Below are positions 55,126-64,000 of a DNA stretch of 64,000 nucleotides, one piece after another; the first letter of the stretch is position 1, and every line of letters begins with the position of its first letter. The notes under the pieces were generated by a model. That model had not been told where the DNA came from, did not search any database, and saw nothing but the letters and a program-made list of their open reading frames with translations. The stretch comes from Candidatus Omnitrophota bacterium. Lineage in GTDB: Bacteria > Omnitrophota > Gorgyraeia > 2-01-FULL-45-10. Where the stretch lies: contig JAUYOL010000015.1 in assembly GCA_030695905.1 (NCBI GenBank), positions 8,518 to 72,517 of the forward strand, given 5' to 3'. The position numbers and the translations under genes are program-made.

Positions 55126-56265
55126 ATGTCTTTAAAGCAGACCAGGGTCTGGAAGTTTTTTTCTTCGATAAAGCTGGCCATATGGTTACTCGCTATAATC
55201 GCCGCGCTTTCTTTGCTGGGCACATTTATCCCGCAAAATCAGGAAGCCTCCTTTTACATCGATAAATATGGACATTCTGGGTATAGGGCCTTGCTGGAGA
55301 CCGGCCTAACCGACGTCTATTCTTCTTTCTGGTTTGTACTTCTCCTGGTGCTTTTCTCAATAAACCTGATCGTGTGTCTTATAAACAGGATCTCCCTTAA
55401 GATGCGCATGCTGGGGTCTATACTATCCCACGCCAGTATCCTGATAATATTGATAGGTGCTCTTATAGGCATATTCTTCGGCCAAAAAGGGCTTGTAAAA
55501 ATAAGCGACGGTGAAGAGGTGAGTTCTTTTACCACCCAGGATAAAAAGCGTGTTGACCTGGGGTTTTCGGTAAGGCTTGATAAATTTATCTATAGCGAGC
55601 ACATCGACCCGAAAGAAAAATTATTAGTTTGTCCCGTTAAAAATACCGTCTCTAATGGGGCTGATTCCCCGCAAAGTGATGCATGCTGCAGTAAAGATAG
55701 CCCTCAAAGTTCCGGCAAGAACCAGGGTCTTATAGCGGAGATCCCTACTGAAATAGGCGTAGAGCATGATATTGCGGACACTGGGTATAAGATAAAGATT
55801 CTGCGTTACATCCCTGATTTTGCTATAGATACTGTCACGAAAGTAGCAGCGAGCCGATCGGCTAAGGCAAATAATCCCGCGATACAGGTTCAACTTAATG
55901 ATAAGGCCGGTCAAGTCTCCACATTCTGGGTATTTGCCCGCTTTCCCGACATGCATCAGAAGATGGACCAAAGGTTTAAATTCACATATCATTGGATCGG
56001 CCGTCGGCCGAAAGATTTTATCAGCAAAGTTACCATATTGAAGGCCGGCAAGGAGATTATAACTAAAGATATACGCGTAAATGAACCGCTTCGTTTCGGC
56101 GGATATACTTTTTTTCAGTTCAGTTACGATGCCGAAGATCTTAAGTGGTCGGTCCTTCAGGTAGTTAAAGATCCCGGCGTGGGTGTGGTTTACGCCGGAT
56201 TTATTATGCTCATAGCGGGTCTCATTATCATATTCTATGTCAATCCGCTAACCAGGGGGAGATAA
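55126..56265 (+). CDS. resB: Cytochrome c biogenesis protein ResB/CcsB (System II)
   Basis: FSSIKLAI, GTFIPQ, Y.S.WF, H in TM3, IRVNEPL..GYTFFQ, KDPG. Confidence 0.88.
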   Translation: MSLKQTRVWKFFSSIKLAIWLLAIIAALSLLGTFIPQNQEASFYIDKYGHSGYRALLETGLTDVYSSFWFVLLLVLFSINLIVCLINRISLKMRMLGSILSHASILIILIGALIGIFFGQKGLVKISDGEEVSSFTTQDKKRVDLGFSVRLDKFIYSEHIDPKEKLLVCPVKNTVSNGADSPQSDACCSKDSPQSSGKNQGLIAEIPTEIGVEHDIADTGYKIKILRYIPDFAIDTVTKVAASRSAKANNPAIQVQLNDKAGQVSTFWVFARFPDMHQKMDQRFKFTYHWIGRRPKDFISKVTILKAGKEIITKDIRVNEPLRFGGYTFFQFSYDAEDLKWSVLQVVKDPGVGVVYAGFIMLIAGLIIIFYVNPLTRGR

Positions 56266-56268
56266 GAG

Positions 56269-57042
56269 ATGTCGGCCATGTATATTAATTTCAGTTTCGC
56301 GGTATTTTTTTTAGCCATGATTTTATATGCGGCAGGGCTCTTGTTCAAAAATAAGGCGCTCCCGTTGTTAGCAAAATCTCTCATGGCCTGCGGTATCCTC
56401 AGCCTTTCACTATATATAGGTATCCGCTGGCAGGTTGCCGGCAGGCCGCCATTCAGTAATATGTTTGAATCGCTGGTCGTGCTCAGCTGGGCTATCGCCA
56501 TTACTTCTGTTTTTATCGATATAAAATACAGGATTAAGAATATTGCGGCATTGACGGCTTTGATGAGCTTGCTGGCGATAGGATATGCTTCGTTATTAGA
56601 TAAAGAAATAGTCCCCCTCCTGCCTGCTTTGAAAAGCAACTGGCTTTCCATCCATGTCTTGACCTGCTTCATCGGATATGCTGCTTTAACCGTAGCTTTT
56701 GTTTCAAGCGCCGTGCTTTTGTGCAGGAAAAAAGAGGATATAAGTCTGGATATTGTAAGTTACAAGATGATAACATTCGGATTTTTATTCCTTACACTGG
56801 GCATCATCAGCGGCGCCATATGGGCGAATTCTGCGTGGGGCACTTACTGGAGCTGGGATCCTAAAGAAACATGGTCTTTGATTACCTGGTTTGTCTACGC
56901 CATCTATTTACATATCCGTCTGACGAAAGGATGGAAGGGAAAGCCAGCGGCCTGGCTATCGGTGGCGGGGTTCCTGGCAATGCTCTTTACCTATTTCGGC
57001 GTAAATTATCTATTGCCGGGTTTACATAGTTACTCGGGTTAA
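56269..57042 (+). CDS. ccsA: Cytochrome c biogenesis protein CcsA/ResC (System II)
   Basis: PALKSNWLSIHV, WANSAWGTYWSWDPKETW, GLHSY. Confidence 0.93.
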   Translation: MSAMYINFSFAVFFLAMILYAAGLLFKNKALPLLAKSLMACGILSLSLYIGIRWQVAGRPPFSNMFESLVVLSWAIAITSVFIDIKYRIKNIAALTALMSLLAIGYASLLDKEIVPLLPALKSNWLSIHVLTCFIGYAALTVAFVSSAVLLCRKKEDISLDIVSYKMITFGFLFLTLGIISGAIWANSAWGTYWSWDPKETWSLITWFVYAIYLHIRLTKGWKGKPAAWLSVAGFLAMLFTYFGVNYLLPGLHSYSG

Positions 57043-57045
57043 TAC

Positions 57046-57486
57046 ATGGTACAGAAAAAAATTACCAGACGTGAATTTATAAATTACATTTTAGGCGGAT
57101 CCCTTTTGGGCCTGGCGGCAAGCGCCGCGTACTCGATATTCCGTTACATAACACCCCCCGAAGGCACAGAGACCGCAGTTTCGAGCGCAGTAGCGGGCCG
57201 AAAAGGAGAATTGGCTCCCAATTCCGGCAAAATATTTAAATTCGGGGATAAGCCCGGTATATTGATAAATACTTTAGGCGGTGAATTATTAGCCTTTAAT
57301 GCCGTTTGCACTCATCTAAACTGCACCGTCCAGTATGATCCGCAGGCGGCTTGTATCTGGTGCGCGTGCCATAACGGGCGTTTCGACCTGAACGGCAAGG
57401 TGATCTCCGGCCCACCGCCCCGTCCTCTGGAAAAATACGATGTTAATATAAGGGGGGATGATATTGTCGTTTCAAAAAATATATAA
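57046..57486 (+). CDS. Rieske 2Fe-2S protein of a Rieske/cytochrome b complex
   Basis: Tat motif TRREFI, CTHLNC, CACHNG, GPPPRPL. Confidence 0.92.
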   Translation: MVQKKITRREFINYILGGSLLGLAASAAYSIFRYITPPEGTETAVSSAVAGRKGELAPNSGKIFKFGDKPGILINTLGGELLAFNAVCTHLNCTVQYDPQAACIWCACHNGRFDLNGKVISGPPPRPLEKYDVNIRGDDIVVSKNI

Positions 57487-58540
57487 TTGGTTTGATGAGA
57501 GATACCAGATCTCCGGCGTCAGGGATTTTCTCGCGAAAAAGACCGTGCCCGTACATAAGCATTTCGTATGGTATTATTTCGGCGGCATAACGCTGTTTCT
57601 ATTTCTGGTTCAGGTTGTGACAGGAGTGCTCCTGCTTTTTTACTACAAGCCAACCGCCTCCGAGGCGTTTGAGTCTGTAAAATTCATAATGACCAAAGTT
57701 GAATTTGGATGGCTTATACGTTCCATCCATTCCTGGAGCGCTAATCTGATGGTTTTTTCGGCGTTTGTGCATCTCTTTTCTACATTTTTTATGAAATCAT
57801 ACAGGCCGCCGCGTGAGGTGACATGGGTCACGGGCGCATTCCTGTTTTTTATTGCAATGGGACTGGGATTTACAGGGTATTTGCTGCCATGGAACGAGCT
57901 TTCATTTTTTGCCACCAAGGTCGGCACCCAGATAGCCGGTTCGGTACCGGTAGTGGGATCATACCTTCGGACCGTACTTCGCGGTGGAGAAGAGATATCG
58001 GACGCCACTATAACAAGATTTTTTGCATTGCATGTCATGGTGCTTCCTATTGCTATTGTAGCGATGTTGGGACTGCACCTGGCAATGGTACAGGTTCAGG
58101 GGATGAGCGAACCGCTTTCGGTAGCTAAAAGTCCCGAGAAGAAGAGCATGAAGTTCTTTCCTAATTTTTTTTTGAGAGACATAATCGTTTGGCTATTAAT
58201 ATTTGCCGGGCTTCTTGCTTTAAGTGTTATGTTCCCATGGGAGTTGGGCAAGAAAGCAGATCCTTTTGCACCTACCCCGATCGGCATAAAACCTGAATGG
58301 TATTTTGTATGGATGTTCCAGACGTTGAAGATAATCCCGTCCAAGATACTATTATTTGACGGTGAAGTGCTCGGTATTTTAGCGTTTGGCGCGGCCGGAC
58401 TCGCATTGGTTATACTCCCCTTTATGGATATCTGGGCCAGACGTGAAAAGCGCAACCCTTTATTATCGATCTTGGGCGTTTGCGTTATATTATATATGCT
58501 AGTAATGACTTATCTGGCGTACTTCGGTCCGCAAAAGTGA
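57458..58540 (+). CDS. Cytochrome b of a Rieske/cytochrome b complex (b and subunit IV in one chain)
   Basis: RSIHSW, FVHL, FTGYLLPW, RFFALH, LH, KPEWY. Confidence 0.92.
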   Translation: MILSFQKIYNWFDERYQISGVRDFLAKKTVPVHKHFVWYYFGGITLFLFLVQVVTGVLLLFYYKPTASEAFESVKFIMTKVEFGWLIRSIHSWSANLMVFSAFVHLFSTFFMKSYRPPREVTWVTGAFLFFIAMGLGFTGYLLPWNELSFFATKVGTQIAGSVPVVGSYLRTVLRGGEEISDATITRFFALHVMVLPIAIVAMLGLHLAMVQVQGMSEPLSVAKSPEKKSMKFFPNFFLRDIIVWLLIFAGLLALSVMFPWELGKKADPFAPTPIGIKPEWYFVWMFQTLKIIPSKILLFDGEVLGILAFGAAGLALVILPFMDIWARREKRNPLLSILGVCVILYMLVMTYLAYFGPQK

Positions 58541-58551
58541 TGAGGGCATTA

Positions 58552-59796
58552 ATGTATAAAAAACTTATATTCATATTCATTATCGTTTTAGCGGCGTCTT
58601 TCGTTGTAAAGTCCGAGGCGGCGGCAAAGGATTATTGTATCGAATGCCACAAGTCATTAGAGGCAAGTGCGAAAGAGCCTACAGACAAGATTGAAGGGGA
58701 TGTTCATTTCAAACGCGGCCTTTCATGTTCCGACTGTCATGGTGGTGACTCCACAAAAGAGGATTTTACGGAGGCAAAAGATACAGGCAAAGGGTTTATC
58801 GGAAAGCCGAAGAGAAACGATATCCCTTTATTCTGTGGCAAGTGCCATGCCGACCCCGCGTATATGCGAAAGTTCAATCCAAACATCCAGACAGACCAGC
58901 TTGCAAAATATAATGAAAGCCAACACGGAAAATTGAATGCCCAGGGTGATCAGAAAGTCGCTGTTTGCGTAAGCTGTCACGACGTTCACGGAATAAGAGA
59001 GAAGAATGATCCTTTGTCACCGATATTCATAACGAACGCGCCGAAACGCTGTGCGTCTTGCCATGCCGATAAAGAATACATGAAAGAATATAGTATACCG
59101 ACGAACCAGATGGAGGAATACGAGCAGGGCGTTCATGGGGAAGCGCTGCTGAAGAAAGGCGATCGCGGCGCACCCGCCTGCCATAGTTGTCACGGTTCTC
59201 ATGACGCGGCACTGCCTCGGGCTATCGCTGTCGGCAATATCTGTGCCCAGTGCCATTCGCTGACACGGGACCTTTTCGCAAAAAGCCCGCACAAAGCGGC
59301 TCATGATAAGCTGGGGATACCCGAATGTGAAGCTTGCCACGGAAATCATAAGATCGTCCGCACATCCGATGACATGCTCGGGACAGGCGAAGGAGGCGTG
59401 TGTGTAAAATGCCATAAGGAGGATTCTGCCGGGTACGCCGTAGCCACGCTGATGAAGAAGGTTATATTAGGATTAAAGGGCGATATAGAAGCTTCGCAAG
59501 CTATAGTTGAGGATGCCGAAAAGTACGGCATGGAGGTCTCGGATACAAAATTCTATCTGGATGAGGCAAAAAATTCCCTAACGAAATCACGCACCTATAT
59601 ACATACCTTTTCAAAAGATAGCGTAGACAGAATAGTGAAAGACGGCATAAGTTCAGCAGATAAAGCAAAGGATAAAGGCAAGCTCGCTATAAGTGAGCTT
59701 GGTTTCAGGCGTAAGTGGCTTGCGGTTGTAGTCGGTATAATATTATTGCTGGCATTTGCGGTTTATCTCAAAATCAGGGGGATGGAGAAGAAATAA
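58552..59796 (+). CDS. Nonahaem cytochrome c with C-terminal helical stalk and membrane anchor
   Basis: 9 CXXCH motifs; signal peptide; C-terminal TM helix; start taken at ATG 58552 after GAGGG. Confidence 0.85.
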   Translation: MYKKLIFIFIIVLAASFVVKSEAAAKDYCIECHKSLEASAKEPTDKIEGDVHFKRGLSCSDCHGGDSTKEDFTEAKDTGKGFIGKPKRNDIPLFCGKCHADPAYMRKFNPNIQTDQLAKYNESQHGKLNAQGDQKVAVCVSCHDVHGIREKNDPLSPIFITNAPKRCASCHADKEYMKEYSIPTNQMEEYEQGVHGEALLKKGDRGAPACHSCHGSHDAALPRAIAVGNICAQCHSLTRDLFAKSPHKAAHDKLGIPECEACHGNHKIVRTSDDMLGTGEGGVCVKCHKEDSAGYAVATLMKKVILGLKGDIEASQAIVEDAEKYGMEVSDTKFYLDEAKNSLTKSRTYIHTFSKDSVDRIVKDGISSADKAKDKGKLAISELGFRRKWLAVVVGIILLLAFAVYLKIRGMEKK

Positions 59797-59800
59797 GGTA

Positions 59801-61384
59801 ATGAAGAAAAAAATCCTCCTTATAATAGCGGGAATCGCGTTCTTTTTTATTGCCGGTTTTATTTTTTTCTTTAAATTCTCAACCAGCCCCCAATTCTGCA
59901 GATCCTGCCATATAATGAAACCGTATTATGACTCATGGAAGGCCTCCAAACATAATAAAGTGGCCTGCGTGGATTGTCATTATCCCCCAGCGGGCCATAG
60001 GACACTTTTATGGAAGAAATTTCAGGCTATGTCGCAGATAGTAAAATATATAACTCGGACATATTCATCCAGGCCGTTCGCGGAAATTGACGACAGTGCC
60101 TGTTTGAGAGAGGGCTGCCATTCGAAGCGACTGGTGGAAGGTAAGTTGACATTTGGTAATGGGATAAAATTTGACCACAGGCCGCATCTTACACAGCCGC
60201 GGCGGGACAGGCAGCTGCGTTGCGTATCCTGCCATTCGCAGATCATGGTCGGAAAACACCTCGAGGTTACGCTCGATACTTGTTATCTGTGCCATTTTAA
60301 AGGTATGAAGGGCTCGCGAACGCTTGAGCCTATAGGCGGCTGCATCTCCTGCCATGAATTACCGGAAAAACAATTTATGTTGGGGAACATCAAATACAGG
60401 CATAAAGATTTTGTTAGTGAGCATGGCGTCGAATGTCAAAACTGTCATTTGGATGTGATTCAGGGGGATGGCTCCGCTCCGAAAGAGAGGTGCTATGCCT
60501 GTCATAACCAACCGGACAGGCTGGAAAGATATAGCGATACATCGTTCATCCATGAAAATCATATAACCAAACATAGTATAGCGTGTTTTCATTGTCATAC
60601 AGAGATGAAGCACTCCGTGAAGACAGTAGCGAGAACTCAGAAGCTTGATTGTGCAATGTGTCACGTTGACATGCATTCCGGGCAGAAGGATATGTATGAA
60701 GGGCATGGCGGCGAAGAAGTGGGCGAGATGCCGTCCCCAATGTATTTGGCCCGCGTAGATTGTTTGGGATGCCACATAATAGAGACGCATAGAGGCGAAG
60801 AGTCAGACGAGCGCTTCACCGGTAAGACATTTAAGGCCTCCGAAGCGGGATGCATTAAATGCCATGGCCAGAAATATGCGGGTCTCGTGGCCGACTGGAA
60901 AAAAGAATTAAGATTCGCGCTGGAAGTTATCGATGCCCGGCTTAAGACGACACAGGATATGTTGTCGCAGATTTCGCCAAATGCGCCAAATTTCTCATCG
61001 TTGAATAACCTGTATGACGGCGCGCGTCATAATTATGACTTCGTACGTCTTTCGACCGGGATACACAATATATATTACTCCGCAAAATTGCTGGAAAAAG
61101 TAAACGACGACCTGAATAAGTTAACTAATGAAGCAAAGAAGCCTCTTCCCGAGTCGTCCAAAGCCAGCCTGCTGGATGGCAGTTTCTGTGCTACGCTTTG
61201 CCACGCTAAATTAGACGTTAAAATTCCCGAAGAGGTTAAATATAAGGGTAAAGATATGCCCCATAGTATGCATATTGAACAAGTGGGGGCGTGTGTGAAT
61301 TGCCACACCATAGGCCGCCATAAAGAGATGCCGCTTAAGGAAGATCTTTCTATCTGTAACACCTGCCATGAAAAAGGTATATAG
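59801..61384 (+). CDS. NrfH/NapC-headed multihaem cytochrome c (13 CXXCH + CX4CH + CX3CH)
   Basis: N-terminal TM, FCRSCHIM, W..S.H..V.CVDCH; start ATG 59801. Confidence 0.82.
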   Translation: MKKKILLIIAGIAFFFIAGFIFFFKFSTSPQFCRSCHIMKPYYDSWKASKHNKVACVDCHYPPAGHRTLLWKKFQAMSQIVKYITRTYSSRPFAEIDDSACLREGCHSKRLVEGKLTFGNGIKFDHRPHLTQPRRDRQLRCVSCHSQIMVGKHLEVTLDTCYLCHFKGMKGSRTLEPIGGCISCHELPEKQFMLGNIKYRHKDFVSEHGVECQNCHLDVIQGDGSAPKERCYACHNQPDRLERYSDTSFIHENHITKHSIACFHCHTEMKHSVKTVARTQKLDCAMCHVDMHSGQKDMYEGHGGEEVGEMPSPMYLARVDCLGCHIIETHRGEESDERFTGKTFKASEAGCIKCHGQKYAGLVADWKKELRFALEVIDARLKTTQDMLSQISPNAPNFSSLNNLYDGARHNYDFVRLSTGIHNIYYSAKLLEKVNDDLNKLTNEAKKPLPESSKASLLDGSFCATLCHAKLDVKIPEEVKYKGKDMPHSMHIEQVGACVNCHTIGRHKEMPLKEDLSICNTCHEKGI

Positions 61385-61389
61385 CAAGT

Positions 61390-63267
61390 ATGTGCATAGA
61401 TAAATTTAAATTTAGTTGCCCTGCTATATTTTTTTTAATAATGTTTTCATCGCTTTGCGCTGCTTCCGCGATTGAAAATTCCGATTGTTTGGAATGTCAT
61501 GAAGATAGTGTACGCTCCGCTTATAATTTATCCGTCCACCGTAAAAATTTATGCACAAGTTGCCATGCAGATATTACCACGCTGCCGCATTCTGAAAAAG
61601 TAAGCAAACCTGTATGCAATCAATGCCATAGACTCGAAACCGAAATCTATAATTCGAGCGACCATGGCGTAGCTTTAAAGGCCGGCGTAGACGAGGCCGC
61701 TTCCTGCCGTAATTGCCACGGTGAACCGCATTCTATCTTAGACTCCCGTAATAAAGACTCGTCGGTCTATCGGGCAAATATTCCCAAAACCTGTGCCTTG
61801 TGCCACGAAGACCAAAAAAGAATGGCAAAATACGAATTAACGGAGAAGATGCCGTATAGATCTTATTCCGAAACAGTCCACGGTAAGGCATTAATAGAAA
61901 AAGGTTTGATCTCAGCCGCTGTCTGTACCGATTGCCATGGCTCGCATGACCTATATTCCATGGCCAACCCCAAATCAAAAATATACCGGACAAACGTTCC
62001 TTCTACCTGTGGGAAATGCCATGAGAACGTATCGAAGACCTATGAGCGCAGTGTTCATGGAAAATCCGTTTTGGCAGGCCGCAGAGAAGCGCCTGTCTGT
62101 ACCGATTGCCACGGCGAACATAGCATAAAGTCCCACAGCGAACCCTCATCGTCGGTATACCCGACCGCCATATCCGAAAAAACCTGCCCGCGCTGTCACG
62201 CGTCGGAAACCGTCATCAGCAAATACCGGCTTCCGGGCAATATGGTAAAGACATATATGGAGAGTTATCATGGCCTTGCAAGCAAAAGCGGGTCCACGGT
62301 AGTCGCAAACTGCGCAAGCTGCCATGGTGTGCACGACATACTGCCGTCAAGCGACCCCAATTCCTCCGTAAACAAAGCTAACCTGCCCCAGACCTGTGGG
62401 AAATGCCATCCGGGAGCGGGGGCAAGATTAGCGAAGGGTTCCGTGCATATCAATCCTTCGGCAACGAGGGATAGGGCGGTATTCTATGTCACTATTTTTT
62501 ATATCTTCCTGATAATTATGACAATAGGCGGGATGAGTATCTATGTTGGCCTGGATTATTTAAGCAGATTAAGAGAGCATTACAAGAGAGTCCGCTCCGA
62601 AGCTAAAATCATGAGATGGACATTTAATGAACGCCTTCAGCATGGCCTGCTTCTTATAACTTTCACTGTCCTTGCATATACCGGTTTTGCCCTGAGGTTC
62701 TCTGACGCGTGGTGGGCGTTCCCATTCACGGTCGTTAAAGGCGGTTTTGACTGGAGGGGGATATTACACAGATGTATGGCGGTAATATTTTGCCTGCTCT
62801 GTGTTTATCACGCAGGATTTTTAATTTTCACGAAGCGGGGCAAGATTGAATTCAAGGCGTTTCTGCCGAGAATGAAGGATTTTGTGGATTTATATAAAAT
62901 GCTTATGTATAATCTTGGTATCTCCAAAGAAAAGCCAAAATTCGAAAGATTTAATTTTATAGAAAAATCCGAATATTGGGCGCTTATTTGGGGAGCGTTA
63001 ATAATGATCGTAACAGGGCTGCTGCTTACTTTTAACAACTTAGCAATGCGGTATTTGCCGAAATGGCTATTGGATGTTGCGGCGACCATACATTTCTATG
63101 AAGCCCTTCTCGCTACACTGGCTATCCTTATCTGGCATTTATATTTTTCGATATTTTCGCCCGAGCATTATCCGATGAATTGGTCCTGGCTTACCGGGAG
63201 GACCACCGAAGATGAACGCCGGGAGAACGATCCTTCAAAGGATAAAGAAAACAAGGCTGATTCATAA
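61390..63267 (+). CDS. CbcL-like fusion: 11-haem periplasmic cytochrome c + FdnI/HydC-type b cytochrome
   Basis: 11 CXXCH; membrane domain with ERLQH, LHR...YH, FNFIEKSEYWA, IHFYEA.LA.LAI.IWHLY. Confidence 0.85.
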   Translation: MCIDKFKFSCPAIFFLIMFSSLCAASAIENSDCLECHEDSVRSAYNLSVHRKNLCTSCHADITTLPHSEKVSKPVCNQCHRLETEIYNSSDHGVALKAGVDEAASCRNCHGEPHSILDSRNKDSSVYRANIPKTCALCHEDQKRMAKYELTEKMPYRSYSETVHGKALIEKGLISAAVCTDCHGSHDLYSMANPKSKIYRTNVPSTCGKCHENVSKTYERSVHGKSVLAGRREAPVCTDCHGEHSIKSHSEPSSSVYPTAISEKTCPRCHASETVISKYRLPGNMVKTYMESYHGLASKSGSTVVANCASCHGVHDILPSSDPNSSVNKANLPQTCGKCHPGAGARLAKGSVHINPSATRDRAVFYVTIFYIFLIIMTIGGMSIYVGLDYLSRLREHYKRVRSEAKIMRWTFNERLQHGLLLITFTVLAYTGFALRFSDAWWAFPFTVVKGGFDWRGILHRCMAVIFCLLCVYHAGFLIFTKRGKIEFKAFLPRMKDFVDLYKMLMYNLGISKEKPKFERFNFIEKSEYWALIWGALIMIVTGLLLTFNNLAMRYLPKWLLDVAATIHFYEALLATLAILIWHLYFSIFSPEHYPMNWSWLTGRTTEDERRENDPSKDKENKADS

Positions 63268-63291
63268 AATTTAAGAATGGAGGTGGTAAGT

Positions 63292-63462
63292 ATGTTTGGT
63301 AATATAGGAATGCCGGAACTATTTGTTATACTTTTAATTTGTCTTTTAGTCTTTGGCGCGGGAAAATTGCCGGAGATTGGCAAGTCATTTGGTAAGGCTA
63401 TCAACGAATTTAAAAAAGGGATGAAAGAAATAGATTCAGACACGAAGAACGTGGGAAAATAA
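63292..63462 (+). CDS. tatA: Twin-arginine translocase TatA
   Basis: IGMPEL...FGAGKLPEIGKSFGKAINEFKK; GGAGGT SD before ATG 63292. Confidence 0.92.
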   Translation: MFGNIGMPELFVILLICLLVFGAGKLPEIGKSFGKAINEFKKGMKEIDSDTKNVGK

Positions 63463-63478
63463 AAGGTATATCTATTTC

Positions 63479-64000
63479 ATGGATAAAGATTTAACCTTTG
63501 TAGGGCATCTCGAAGAATTGCGCCGCAGGATAATAGTGTCTTTGATATTTATTACCATAGTCAGTGTCCTCGCGTTTCCTTGCGCTTCAAAGATATTGGC
63601 TATCCTGAAAATTCCGAGCGCGGGCTTTATAGGAAAACTTGTTTTTTTTGATCCTCAAGAGGCCTTTTTAATCCATATTAAAATCGCTTTTTTTGCCGGA
63701 TTAGCGGTATCTATGCCTGTAATATTGTATCAATTATGGGCGTTTATCTCTCCTGCCATAGAAACTAATACAAAAAAAATCGGTTCATTATTTTTATTTT
63801 TTTCCGTAGGAGCATTCGCTTCAGGCGTGTCTTTCGGATTTTTTATATTACTTCCGGCAGCCCTTAAGTTTCTGCTTAGCTTCTCCGGGAACAATCTGGA
63901 GCCGTTAATTTCTGCTTCAAATTATATATCTTTTGTGTTAGGCTTGACTTTAGGGTGCGGGCTTGTTTTTGAAATGCCTGTTTTAAGTTTCATATTATCA
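63479..64000 (+). CDS. tatC: Twin-arginine translocase TatC, partial (runs off the window)
   Basis: MDKDLTFVGHLEELRRR, YQLWAFISPA, GLVFEMP; not in the ORF track because it is truncated. Confidence 0.92.
   Translation, partial: MDKDLTFVGHLEELRRRIIVSLIFITIVSVLAFPCASKILAILKIPSAGFIGKLVFFDPQEAFLIHIKIAFFAGLAVSMPVILYQLWAFISPAIETNTKKIGSLFLFFSVGAFASGVSFGFFILLPAALKFLLSFSGNNLEPLISASNYISFVLGLTLGCGLVFEMPVLSFILS

Noticed and set aside
1239-63443. Numerous 60-210 aa ORFs antisense to or nested in the annotated genes
   Set aside because: They are shadow ORFs of well-supported genes, with no motifs or translation signals
1-64000. Mobile element boundaries for the respiratory island
   Set aside because: I saw no integrase, transposase, tRNA attachment site or flanking direct repeat, so horizontal origin cannot be supported from this window alone

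Overview
Gene-dense bacterial chromosomal window, apparently from an anaerobic diderm. The gene style is suggestive of Ca. Omnitrophota/PVC, but that is inference only. I found no rRNA, tRNA, CRISPR array or transposase. Left part (1-26 kb): the end of an Ehr/Hyf-like complex whose large subunit lacks the Ni-binding cysteines; a DEAD-box helicase; a 2047-aa protein fusing a large polytopic membrane domain to a Cgs/NdvB-type GH94 phosphorylase module, with two alpha/beta hydrolases behind it; a cluster with two GH3 acyl-adenylating enzymes, an SDR, a Cys-nucleophile alpha/beta hydrolase, an atypical enolase and an MFS exporter; and a radical SAM/NYN/MFS/PAP2 group preceded by a long hairpin. 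Right part (26-64 kb): a nearly self-contained respiratory island. It encodes ETF:quinone oxidoreductase, a cytochrome/beta-barrel pair with Fur-type boxes, an 11-subunit complex I without NuoEFG, MenA and a polyprenyl synthase, a sirohaem-route (Ahb) haem pathway lacking hemB, an MtrAB/DmsEF-like porin-cytochrome pair, System II cytochrome c maturation, a Rieske/cytochrome b complex with a nonahaem partner, an NrfH/NapC-headed cytochrome with up to 15 haems, a CbcL-like 11-haem/b-type cytochrome, and TatA/TatC. The most promising novelties are this extracellular-electron-transfer island, the membrane-GH94 fusion and the dual-GH3 cluster.
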